Below are positions 1-12,170 of a stretch of 64,000 bases of DNA, piece after piece; position 1 is the first letter of the stretch, and the number at the start of each line of letters is the position of its first letter. The DNA is from the human T2T-CHM13v2.0 reference genome, Homo sapiens. Below the pieces are notes generated by a model. That model did no database searches, had not been told where the DNA came from, and worked only from the letters and a program-made list of their open reading frames with translations. The position numbers were made by a program, and so were the translations under genes. The stretch lies in the NCBI RefSeq assembly GCF_009914755.1, contig NC_060927.1; one strand, 5' to 3'.

Positions 1-1977
1 AAAAAGATAAAAGAGATGAGAAAATCTTATTTATGATAGCGTAAGATGAATCACCTCTAAACTTCAGAAATGTCCAAAGTCTATATTAGACAACAATCAA
101 ATCTATCTGAAACACACAAAATAGTCTTGAACAAATGGAAAGAAACACCATGCACTCAAATAGACTCAATAGCATAAAGATGTCTCTTCTCCCTAAGTTA
201 ATGTATCAATTTAATGCAATCCTAATTTTTAAAATTCCATTTTTTTTTCTAGAGTTAGATGAGTTGATTTTAAATTCCCTTTGTAAGAACAGAAAGACAA
301 GAATGGCCAGGAAAGAAAAACTAAGAAAGAGTGGAGGGGAGGAGGCTGGGGAGGGGACCAGCAGCCCCGCCAGACATTAACATATTATAAAGTCTCTGTA
401 ATTAAAATAGTTTAGCGTTGGCACAAAAAAGATGAGAAAACCATGGAACAGAATAGAACATTCTATAGTAAGCTCTACTGTGTTTGGAAATTGAGTATTG
501 ATGAAGGCAGCATTTGAAACCAATAGAGGGAAGGATGGACTTTTTAATAAGTGATATTCAGACAACTAGATAGTCATAAGGAAAATAATAAAATTAGATC
601 CATTTCTTGCTGTACCCTAGGGTCAGTTCTAAATGTATCCTAGATATAAAATCAAAAATGAAACCATACAAGTAGAAAACATAGGTGAATTCCTTTATAA
701 CTTGGATGTGGGAAAAATTTTTCTTGTTACAATTCAAAATACAAAAGCAACAAAGGAAAATATTGATAAATTTGATTAAGAAAAATTTTAAAATGTTGCA
801 TTTCAAAATATCACCATAAGCAAAATTAAAAGATAAATGACAAACTAGAAAAAAAAATGCAATGTAGGATACAAAAGGTTAAAATAGACCTATTTTATAC
901 ACAGCATTTAAAATTTGAGGTTAAAAAAAGCCGATAGCACTCTTTTATTTTTAAATGTTAGAGATATGAACAGACAGTTGACACAAAAAATAGATGAAAA
1001 TGGCTCCTAATGTCTCAACTGCACTCATAATAAGAGAAATTTTTAAAATCTACCTGAGATACCACTTTTACCTATCCAATTAGCAAAACTCTAAAAGTAT
1101 GTCAAACTATTTGTTGGTGAAGCTCTAGGGAAACAGGCAAGTTTATACAGTGTTGATGGGAATAGAAAATGTTACAACCCCTATGGAGAAAAATTTGGCA
1201 ACATCTAGACAAATTATATAGGCATTTATGTATACATAATTTGACCCAGCAGTCCTGTTTCTAGGACACACTCCCAATGACACACTGGCAAAAATATGAA
1301 CAAGAAGTATGTACAAAGCTGTTCACTGCAATCCTATCTGTAATACCAAAATACTGGAAACATCCAAATACCTCCCAGGAGGGGACTCGTTGAATAAACC
1401 ATGATGCATCTGCAAAGGAACAAGAAATCGCTCTATAGCTACTATGGAGTGATGATCTCCAGGATATGTTATTGAGCTAAAAGGCAAGATGGAAAGAGTG
1501 TGTATTTCATTCTACCATCTAGCTAAGAAAAGGGAAGGATATGAATATATACATACATATGTGTTTACATTGGAAAAAATGGAATAAAACAAACCATAAG
1601 TATTTTTAAATGTTACTTATAGGAGGGTGGAGGGGAAAAAGTAGCAGGGAAAGGTAGGGCACTAGAGTTCTTCTAATTTATCTTGTTATGTGGAGATGAC
1701 TTTGGAACCATGAAAATATTTTACAGAATTGTATAACAAAAATAGATTTCAGAAAGCCAATTCTAAGAATCAAAAATAAAAAGAAACAAATGAATCCAGC
1801 TATGTACCAAGTTGATAGCATAGTCACACGAAGAAGAACTATTCCAAGTGGCTTTTTAAACCACAGGAATTTAACTGTACATTCCTAGTGGAGATGCAAA
1901 AGACAACAGAAAAAAACCCAACAATTTTTCAGTAATCACATTGGTGGTGGTAGCACTGGCACTGTTATTCTGACACT

Positions 1978-1978
<1 letters not shown>

Positions 1979-2014
<36 letters not shown>
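1979..2014. repeat. (GT)18 microsatellite
   Basis: read directly. Confidence 0.95.
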
Positions 2015-2017
<3 letters not shown>

Positions 2018-2503
2018 GTGGGACAGAGTAAGAGAGTAACTATATTTGTGTTATTGAAAACTGAGACTTGAATGTGAGTGAAAGGAGATACAGTTGTAAG
2101 ATGCATGACGTTTAGTGACAATTCTTTAGTCTTGAAATTAAATCAGAATTATCAATATAAAGTCATGATATATGTGATCATGAAAATAAATATATGCCTA
2201 TTTCCAAGTCTGACCACTGAAAAGATCTAGAAGCAATGGCCAACTTAGCGACAATGAACATTTTTAGCCTCAGATTTGGGTCTCTAACAACCATCTTTCA
2301 CTAAAAGAATGGGGGGCTCCTTGTAGAAATGGCTGAATCCAGGTTCGAGGATAGGAAATATACAAGACGAGTCTGAAACACCTTGTCATACCAGAAAGCA
2401 AGGACGCTATGAAAAACTACTACAGTCATGTCAGAAGACTTAGGAGTCAATTCAAAGAAGCTCCCACTAACCAAAGATGGTTGGGAATCAATAAGAATAT
2501 TAT

Positions 2504-2612
2504 CAGGGCTTCCAGTAAGGTGAACAAGAAGACATCCATGTGCTGGGAGGGTGGCTACCCCAACTCCATGGGGACAGAACTCCTGTGCTCAGGACTCTTC
2601 TACACCTCATGC
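2504..2612 (+). mobile_element. MER21-like LTR fragment at the 5' end of the AFF4 retrocopy
   Basis: catccatgtgctgggagggtggctaccccaactccatggggacagaactcctgtgctcagga resembles recalled MER21 consensus. Confidence 0.65.
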
Positions 2613-3871
2613 TGTGGAATCTAAAGCAACAGCAAAGCTGAGGTCCAACTGCCATAAGGATGGACACCAAGGAGGCTGCACTGGGGAGAAAAAGAAGTCA
2701 AGATAAGCAACATGAACCATAAAGCCCGGACCGTGGCGGGTATGAAAGAACAAGAAAGGCGGGATCAGGAAATTCAACAGGACGAAGTTGCCTTCCCACC
2801 TAGCTCTCTTCTCTTTGCTGAGCCATACAAAACTACTAGCAAGGAAGATAAGTTATCGAGTTGTATCCAGAGTAGGCTTGGAAACTATGGTGAAATGAAA
2901 GATTTTATAGGAGACAAATCTATACCAAGGCTTATTGCAGTTTCCAAGCCTACGGTACCACCTATAACAGATGAAAATGGACCCCAGTAGGACCTCTGCA
3001 CCCAGCATTTCTGTCCCAGAAACAGTCCTCAGGCTTACAGAGTGGACATAGTAGCCAGTAGACCGGTGCAGGTGGCAGCAGTGGCACTAACAGTCGTGGC
3101 CAGAGACATGACTGTGACTCACATAGCAGTAGTGGGAGCAGAAGACCAGAGAAAAATGTCAGCATGGATCACAGCACTCCAAGCTGCGCTCTTCCAGCCC
3201 TGGGAAACCCCAGGCTGTCTCTTCGTTAAGCTCCAGTCATTCCAGCTCTCATGGGAATGATCAGCATAGCAAGGAATATCAGCGCTCCAAATCACCTGGG
3301 GACCCTAATGCAAACGGGGATTCTCCCTCTCACGTATCTTTTCCAAGTGGGCAGCACTCAAATCAGTCTTTCCCACCTTCGTTGATGTCAAAGTTCAGTT
3401 CAATGTTACAGAAACCTATTGCCTGTGTGCAGCCCGTGGGCGGACAGGAGTCCGTGGGCGGACAGGAGTCTGTGGAACCAGAGCTGTCCTCTGAGCGCTA
3501 CAGTAGCCAATCCCATGGTGACAGCACAAATGAGCTGCAGCCCAGCAGCAAAGCACATCTCGCCAGGCTGAAAATACCTTTCTAACCGCTGGACCTAAGT
3601 CACACATTCAGAGCTTTTAATATTGTGACTATGTGAAGCAATTGAACATGAAATTCTGATTGAACTTGAACTGCCTTTTTGCCTTAATAGTAAAGAATGT
3701 AAAAGTTTAGAGATGTTTTAAAGTTTAAAGAAAGACTTGTGAGCCACTTCCAAGTGAATCCATAGAGACCTGTTAGCTCCCCTCTTGGGAAATAGACAAA
3801 ATGTCATTTACAGTTTTGAAATATTAAAGTAAGTCAGTTATAGAATAAAAGCATGATCCATCAAGTTTTAA
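2504..3871 (+). pseudogene. Processed pseudogene (retrocopy) of the 5' part of AFF4, approx. codons 1-306
   Basis: ORF 2712..2990 ([29 protein letters not shown]) and ORF 3382..3585 ([16 protein letters not shown]) match the recalled AFF4 N-terminus with no intron; frameshifts and stops; AATAAA at 3844; flanking direct repeat AAGAATATTAT at 2493-2503 and 3872-3882. Confidence 0.93.
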
Positions 3872-6732
3872 AAGAATATTATTAAGAACATTAACTGCAA
3901 TAGATTGAAATCCATCAAATATGTCAGTATAACACCGAAAAAAAAAAAAAAACTAATTAATCACCTTTGGAGCCCACTGAGGAACCAACTCATTTTTAAA
4001 ACTGGTAAATAATGAGAGAAAATAAAGCATTTTCCTGCCTTTCTTATAAGACCTATAGGTATATCCAGTAAGAAAAATAAATAAAGAGAGGAATTATCTT
4101 TTTATAGATGTATTCCAGCTAATAAAGAAAAATAATAGAATTATTAATTTTATTTATATCTATAATAAAACAATGGCTCTAGGCAATAACAATAATCAAA
4201 TGGCTATGACCTTCACAAAATGCGACCAGCAGCCGTTCTGCATCTCCTGGTGGAGTACACATCACCACCTATGAAGTAGTCTTGCAAACAAACAAAAAAC
4301 CTGAATATGATTAAGCCTCAAGATAAAACTACTAATTTACAGAAAAGAAGGGGGTCAGATGAACGGGTTAATTCTATAGTAAGCTCTACTGTGTCTGGAA
4401 ATTTAGTTTTAATAAAGGCAGCACTTGAAGCCAATAGAGGGAAGGGTGGACTTTTTAATAAGTGATATTTAGACACTAGACAGTCATAAGGAAAATAATA
4501 AAAGTATTATTATAGAGATGAAACCAGCAAAATCCAAACTCTGGGAAACTATAAGACAAAAGACCCAATTTTTTAACAAATAAAAATTGCAAGGGAAAGA
4601 AGCAAGATGGTAAGAGAAATCTATACAGTAAAAGAGACTAAATTAACATATCAGCCCATCAAAATGGGCTTTATTTGGATCACTATCCAAACAATTAAAA
4701 AATATATTAGACACGAGAAAAGATAAACACTATTTGATAATTGAGAAAGTATTACGAAAGTATTATTAATTTTTAGACGTGATCATGGTTGTGAAGTCAT
4801 GTGTTCTTTTTAAAGCATTCTTATAATTTGCCAGTACAGGCTGAAATATTTGAAGAAGAAATAATATGATGTCTGGGATTTGTTGAAAATAATCTCAGGC
4901 AGAGTGGCAAGACGTGTGGGCACAAGTAAAACAAAATAGGCCACGTGCTTATAATCAAGGAAGCTGGGTGATGCATATATGGGGGTCCACTATAACAGAT
5001 TTCTTGTGACTGACATTTGAAATTTTTGTAAAAATGCAGCTAGAAGACCTACCTCATCGGGTTGGTGCAGGAATGTAAATGAAATGATGTGTGTAAATCG
5101 CCTGGCACATAATCAATGCTTTAAGTTTGTGGAATTGAATAAACTTGAAGACATACATTAAGTGAGCAGTAACACAAACAGCTGCTTACATGAGCGCGTT
5201 GATCAACCGACATACGCTGTGGGAGTTTCCAGAAAGAGCAGGGTATTGATTAGTTCTCAGCAAGGGTGCCCCAGGAAGTGGGGACTGAATGTGGGTCCCA
5301 AGGAAGATGCCAGAAGATGGCCCTTCAGAGCGGGGCCCCGCGTGGACCAAGGTGGGAGCCGGGCATGGCGTCCTCAGGGCAGTCTGGGTGCCGGGCAGGC
5401 CTCCTACCAAGCGCCAGCTCTGCCGGGGCCACTGCTCTGTCTCCCTCCCTCTCCACTTCCAGAGCCTGGCACAGGGAGGCATACCTCGACACACAGCGGG
5501 TGTTCAAGAAACGGCCGGTGGTGAAAGGTGAATGTGGAACCAGACAGGCTCCAGGTTTCAATTCAGAACTCCAGCTCAGGGGTTCTCTGAAATTCCAGAC
5601 CAGCAGTGAGACAGGAAGCGGCTGCAATGTCTGACACAGAGAAACAACGCAGCAGAATCCTCTGCCGCTGTGAGAAGAGAACCAGGATGCTGGTTAGATA
5701 CTGACGTGGAGCTGGCGCCAGAATGTATCTGAGTAACCACGTCTGTGCTCTGCTACTATTTCTGTTTCTTAGAAAGTGGAGGGCAGACCCTCTCTGGAAG
5801 CACACATAGGGGCTGCGGACAGTGGAGGCTTCTGGTGAGAGGGCTGGGGCTGGAGACAGGGCAGGAGCAGGCTTACTTTGGGGTATATACTCTTTGACAC
5901 TGTTTGGAGGTTTTACCTTAAATAAAATATGCAGTAATAAATAAAAGTCCTGTCAGTGGCTTTTGGGGTGGGGGAAGCAGTAATTCCTATCAGGTCTTGG
6001 GGCAGGGGAAGCCTTCAGAACTCCACGGAAGCAAGAGAACCTTTCTACTGACGTGTCCCGGTGGGAGAGAAGACCCATCTCCACAGCTCCTCTCAAAACA
6101 AACCCAGCCAAATTAAACAAGCGTACAGAAGAGCAATAGGAAAGATGTTCTAAAGGGCTACACTCTCCAGAAGAGCTAAATTAAAACTAATCCAGGCAGC
6201 TGGCACAAGTGCTGAGGACAAATGTGGTGGCTTTTTACGGGGGAATTAGTGAAAGAATGGCTGAACCAAGCAGAATGTTACTCAGGGTCCCCAGCGCTCT
6301 CCCAGAGGGTTTATGCTGATCCACCGAATTTGAGGACTCAATTTAGGCAAATAAAACCTAGTTTATTGTCGTCTGGCTGGGGAAAAGCACATAAAGACTC
6401 ATTTATCTGGTTGTAAACGAGCTAGTAGAGCTGGCTGTCACAAGTGCATTATTCAGCAGAAACGAGAAGTGATTTCAGCAGTCCTCAGGAGGGAGTGAAT
6501 GCAGGGCACAGGAGTGGAAATCTCCACCACCAAACTGACCACCACTGGAAAACAACTTGTCCTTTTTAGTTACATGTTTATTGCAGGACCAACGAATAAC
6601 CATCTAAATAAGCGCTAACTAAATAACACTACAGTGTGGAAGTTAGAAAGCCCCCGCATTTCAGCAGGCTCTGGGAAAAATTATGCAGAAGACAAAGTCC
6701 CCTGCTGAATGTAACTGCCCACGCCTGCCTGG

Positions 6733-9700
6733 CCCCTGTACTCACGCCCTACTCATCCCTGTCCGCTCCCGTCTACTCACCCCTGCCCTCTCTCCCCTAC
6801 TCACCCCTCTACTCACCCCTGCCCTCTCCCCTCCACAAACCCCTCTACTCCCCCCATCCTCTCCCCTCTACTCACCCCGTCCTCTCACCTTACTCACCCC
6901 TGCCCTTTCCCCTCTACTCACCCCTGCCCTCTCTCCCCTACTCATCCCTCTACTCACCCCTGCCCTCTCCCCTCCACAAAACCCAGTACTCACCCCTGTC
7001 CTCTCCCCCCTACTCACCCCGTCCTCTCACCTTACTCACCCCTGCCCTCTCTCCCCTACTCACCCCTCTACTCACCCCTGCTCTCTCCCCTCCACAAACC
7101 CCTCTACTCACCCGTCCTCTCCCCTCTACTTACCCCTGCCGTCTCTACTCACCCCTACCCTCTCCCCTCTACTTACCCCTATACTCACCCCTGCCCTCTC
7201 CCCTCTACTCACCCCTGCCCTCTCTCCTCTACTCACCCCTGCTCTCTCCCCTCTACTCACCCCTCTACCTGCCCCTGCCCTCTCCCTTCTACTCACCCCT
7301 CTACTCACCCCTGCCCTCTCCCCTCTCCTCTCTACTCAGCCCTGTCCTCTCCCCTCTACTTATACCTGCCATCTCGTCTCTACTCACCCCTCTACTCACC
7401 GCTGTCTCACTCCCCTCTACTCACTCCTCTACTCACCCTGCCATCTCTGCTCTACTCACCACTGCCCTATCCCCTCTACTTACCCCTGCCCCCTCCCCTC
7501 TACTCACCCCTGCCATCTCCCCTCTACTCACCCCTGCCATCTCCCCTCTACTTACCCCTGCCATTTCCCCTCTACTCACCCCTATTCTCTCCCCTCTACT
7601 CACCCTGCCACCCCCCCCGCTTACCCCTCTACTCACTCCTACCACGTCTGCTCTATTCACCCCTGCCCTCTTCCATCTACTCACACCTGCCCTCTCCCCT
7701 CTACTCATCCCTGTCCTCTCCCCACTACTCACTCCTGCCCTGTCCCCTCTGCTCACCCCTCTACTCACCCTGCCATCTCCCCTCTACTCACCCCTGCCAT
7801 CTCTCCTCTACTCACCCTTGTCCTCTCTCCTCTACTCACCCCCCTACTCATCCCTGCCCTCTCCCTTCTATTCACTCCTGTCCTCTCCCCTCTACTTGCC
7901 CCAGTCCTCTCCCCTCTACTCAGCCCTGCCTCCTCTGTTCTACTTACCCCTCTACTCAACCCTGCCCTCTCCCCCGTCCTCTCCCCATCCTCTCCCCTCT
8001 ACTCAACTCTGTCCTCTCCCCTCTACTCACCTTTGCCCTCTCCCCTCACCCCTGTCCTCTCCCCTCTACTCACCCCTGCCCCCTCTGCTCTACTCACCCC
8101 TCTACTCACCCTTGCCCTCTCCCCTCTACTCGCCCCTGTCCTTTCCCCTCTACTCACCCGTGTCCTCTCCCCTCTACTCACCCCTGCCCTCTCTCCCCTA
8201 CTCACCCCTCTACTCAACCCTGCCCTCTCCCCTCCACAAACCCCTCTACTCACCCCTGTCCTCTCCCCTCTACTCAACCCTGTCCTCTCCTCTCTACTCA
8301 CTCCTGTCCTCTCCCCTCTACTCACCCCTATAGTCACCCCTGCCCTCTCCCTATTCACCCCGTCCTCTCCCCTCTACTCAGCCATGTTCTCTCCCCTCTA
8401 CTCACCCCTGCCCCCTCCGCTCTACTCACCCCTGCCCCCTCCGCTCTACTCACCCCTCTACTCATCCCTGCCCTCTCCCCTCTACTTACCCGTCATCTCC
8501 CCTCTACTCACACCTGCCATTTCCCCTCTACTCACCCCTCTACTCACCCCTGTCCTCTCCCCTCTACTCATCCCTCTATGCACCCTGCCATCTCCCCTCT
8601 ATTCATCCCTGCCATCTCCCCTCCACTTACCCTTCTACTGACTCCTACCACCTCCCCTCTATTCACCCCTGCCCTCTTCCCTCTACTCACCCCTGCCCTC
8701 TCCCCTCTACTCACCCTCGCCCTCTTCTCTACTCACGCTTGCCCTCTCCCCTCTACTCACCTCTGTACTCAGCCCTGCCATCTCCCCTCTACTCGCCTGA
8801 CCTCTCCCCTCTGCTCACCCGTCTACTCACCCCTGCCCTCTCCCTTCTATTCACCCCGTCCTCTCCCCTCTACTCACCCCTGTCCTCTCCTCTCTACTCA
8901 TCCCTCTACACACCCTGCCATCTTCCCTCTACTCACCCCTGCTATGTCCCATCTACTCACCCGTTCTCTCACTCTACTCACCCCTGCCCTCCCCCTTCAC
9001 CACTGTCCTCTCCCCTCTAGTCAGCCCTGTTCTCTCCCCTTTACTCACCCCTGCCCCCTCCGCTCTACTCACCCCTCTACTCAACCCTGCCCTCTCCCCT
9101 GTCCTCTCTCCTCTACTCACCCCTGTCCTCTGCCCTCTACTCAACTCTGTCCTCTCCTCTCTACTCACCCGTCCTCTCCCTTCTCCTCACCCCTGTCCTG
9201 TCCCCTCTACTCATGCCTGCCCTCTCCCCTCTACTCACCCCTGCCCTTTCCCCTCTACTCTCCCCTATACTCAACCCTGTCATCTCCCCTCTACTCATGC
9301 CTGCTATCTCCCATCTACTCACCACTCTACTCATCCCTGTCCTGTGTCTGCCCTCTACTGACCCCTGTTCTCTCCCCTCTACTCATCCCTCTATACACCC
9401 TGCCATCTCCCCTCTACTAACCCCTTCCATCTCCCCTATACTCACCCCTGCCATCTCCCCTCTACTCACCCCTGTCCTCTCCCTTCTACTCACCTCTGTC
9501 CTCTCCCCTCTACTCACCCTTGCCCTCTCCCCTCTACTGACCCCTCTACTCTCCCCATCCTCTCCCCTCTACTCACCCTTGCCCTCTCACCTCTACTCAC
9601 CCCTTTACTTGCCCCTACACTCTCCCTTCTACTCACCCCTGCCCTCTCCCTTCTATTCACCCCTGTCCTCTCCCCTCTACTCAGCCCTGTTCTCTCCCCT

Positions 9701-11014
9701 TTACTCACCCCGCCCCCTCTGCTCTACTCATCCCTCTACTCATCCCTGCCCTCTCCCCTCTACTCACCCGTCCTCTGCCCTCTACTCACCCCGTCCTCTC
9801 CCCTCTACTCACCCTCTATGCACCCTGCTGTCTCCCCTCTACTCACCTCTGCCCTCTCTCCTCTACTCACCCCTCTACTCCTTCCTGCCATCTCCCCTCA
9901 ACTCATCCCTGCCCTCTCCCTTCTACTCAGCCCTGCCCTCTCCCCTCTACTCACCCCTGCCTTCTCCCCTCTACTTACCCCTGCCCTCTCCCCTCTCTCA
10001 TCTCTCTACTCACCCCTGCCATCTCTCCTCTATCCACCCCTCTAGTCACCCCGCCTCTCCCCTCTACTTACCCGTGTCCTCTCCCCTCTACTTACCCGTG
10101 TCCTCTCCCCTCTACTCACCCTTGCCCTCTCCCTTCTGCTCACCCCTGTCCTCACCCCTCTACTCGGCCCTGCCATCTCCCCTCCACTCACCCCGTTCTC
10201 TCCCCTCTACTCACCCTGCCCTCTCCCCTCTACGTACCCCTGCCATCTCCCCTCTACTCACCCCACCCTCTCCCTTCTACTCACCCTCATCCTCTCCTCT
10301 CTACTCACCCCTACCCTCTCCCCTCTACTCACCCCTGCCCTCTCCCCTCTACTCATCCCTTCCCTCGCTCCCATCTCCCCTCTACTCATCCCTTCCCTCT
10401 CCCTTCTACTCTCCTCTCTACTCACCCCTGCCATCTCCCCTCTACTCACTCCTCTACTCACTCCTGCCATTTCCCGTCTACTCACCCTTGTCCTCTTCCC
10501 TCTACTCACCCCTGCCCTCTCCTCTCTACTCAACCCTGTCCTCTTCCCTCTACTCACCCCTGCCATCTCCCCTCTACTCACCCGTCCTCTCCCCTCTACT
10601 CACCTCTGTCACCTCTCCTCTATTCACCCCTCTACTAGACCCTATCCTCTCCATTTTACTCACCCCTGCCCTCTCCTCTCTACTCACCCGTCCTCTCCCC
10701 TCTACTCACCTCTGTCCTCTCCCCTCTACTCACCTCTGTCCTCTCCCCTCTACTCACCCCTGCCATCTCCCCTCTACTCACCCGTCCTCTCCCCTCTACT
10801 CACCTCTGTCATCTCCCCTCTATTCACCCCTCTACTAGACCCTATCCTCTCCATTCTACTCACCCCTGTCCTCTCCCCTCTACTCATCCCTATCCTCTCC
10901 CCTCTACTCACCCCTCTAGTCCCCCATGCCCTCTCGCCTTAACTCACCCCTGCCCTCTACCTTCTACTCACCCCTGTCCTCTCCCCTCTACTCACCCCTG
11001 TTCTCTCCCCTCTC
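6733..11014. repeat. ~4.3-kb C-rich minisatellite (VNTR); 24-nt unit CTACTCACCCCTGCCCTCTCCCCT interspersed with the 12-nt unit CTACTCACCCCT and variants
   Basis: read directly; accounts for the long low-complexity ORFs on both strands. Confidence 0.98.
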
Positions 11015-11782
11015 TTCCCACCTCCTCAGCTCCTACTGCTAGCCCTACTGCCCAGAGTACTTCCAGGTACCATTCCCAGCTTTCAACTTTACTTCATTTT
11101 CATCATCTTCATTCCCACCCCCCAGGTAACCTTTCTCCAGCTCTGAGGAGAAAGGTTAGGTGATGGAGAGATTTATTATCACTCACCCACCAGGGAAACA
11201 CGGGCCTTGTTTTGTTCATCTGCGCAATGAAGATGAAACCATTGCTCTCACATGAGGAGTAACTGGGACAAGGAGGAGAAGCCCCAGGAGGTCACGGGAG
11301 TTCACTGGGTGTGGGTACCCAGCGTCCCTGAGGAGATTGCCTGGGAAATGAGGCGCTCATGGCAGCATCCAGCCCACCCAGGCCAGGAACGTCTCCAGGG
11401 ACAGCCTTGGGTAGGCCCCTGAATTCCTGGGTGCAATTGGCCCAGATCCAGCCACCCCCCGGAATGGGCACAGGCACTCTGGGAGTTCTCTGGGTTCATC
11501 TTCTGTGAGGCATGTCCCTGCTCAATCCCACCAGCCAAAGACCACTGAGAACATACCTATGTTTTTCCTAACAAAATCATGTTCCTTCCCTAACAAAATC
11601 ATTTACTTCCGTAAGACTCATGAGGATAAAACCATCCACAGTCTTCACTGAACTGCAGGCCTCTGTTATGACCCTTGTGTTGCGTGACGTCTGCAAACGT
11701 TAACAAGAACTTTCACTCTCTGTCTTAATTTGGGCCTCTCCATAACATACGGGGCTACCTAGGAAGATGGGATTATGTGCAG

Positions 11783-12170
11783 TGTATTTGTCACCTTGGG
11801 CTGCCAGAACAAAGGCCCATGGACTGTCTTCAACAACAGAAAGGCATTTTCTCCCTATTCTGGAGGCCAGAAGTCCAAGATCAAGGTGTCAGCAGGATTG
11901 TTTCTTCTGAGGCCTCTCTCCTTGGCTCATGGAAGGGCATCTTCACCCCGTGTCCTCACACAGGCTTCCCTCTGTACATCTGTGTCCAAACTTCCTCTTC
12001 TCAGAAGGGCACCAGGCATCTTGGAGTAGGGCCCACCATCAGGACCTCATTTTAACCGAATTACCTCTTTAAAGACCCTTTCTCCAAATACAGTCACATT
12101 CTGGGGTACTGGGGCTTAGGATTTCAGCACAGGAATTTGGGGGAGGAAGGACACGATTCAGCCCGTAATA
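11783..12170 (-). mobile_element. MLT1A/B-type MaLR solo LTR
   Basis: tctggaggccagaagtccaagatcaaggtgtcagcagg ... acacgattcagcccgtaata. Confidence 0.8.

Larger units (their letters stand above)
1..5030 (+). mobile_element. Old degenerate L1M (L1MC/L1MD-like) ORF2 end and 3' UTR, interrupted by the AFF4 retrocopy
   Basis: A-rich; ORF 135..380 has KMSLLPKLMYQFNAI (L1 ORF2-like); L1M 3' UTR-like sequence continues on both sides of the retrocopy. Confidence 0.8.

Noticed and set aside
5162-5634. Overlapping ORFs in a GC-rich patch; possible CpG island
   Set aside because: No recognisable protein or splice structure; short with modest CpG content
6636-10838. 280-652 aa ORFs as real genes
   Set aside because: Products of a stop-free tandem repeat; the frames switch within the array
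6733-11014. CRISPR-like, telomeric or SVA-type array; PRDM9 or SREBP motif array
   Set aside because: No unique spacers, not TTAGGG, no SVA Alu-like or SINE-R flanks; the consensus unit matches neither CCNCCNTNNCCNC nor ATCACCCCAC
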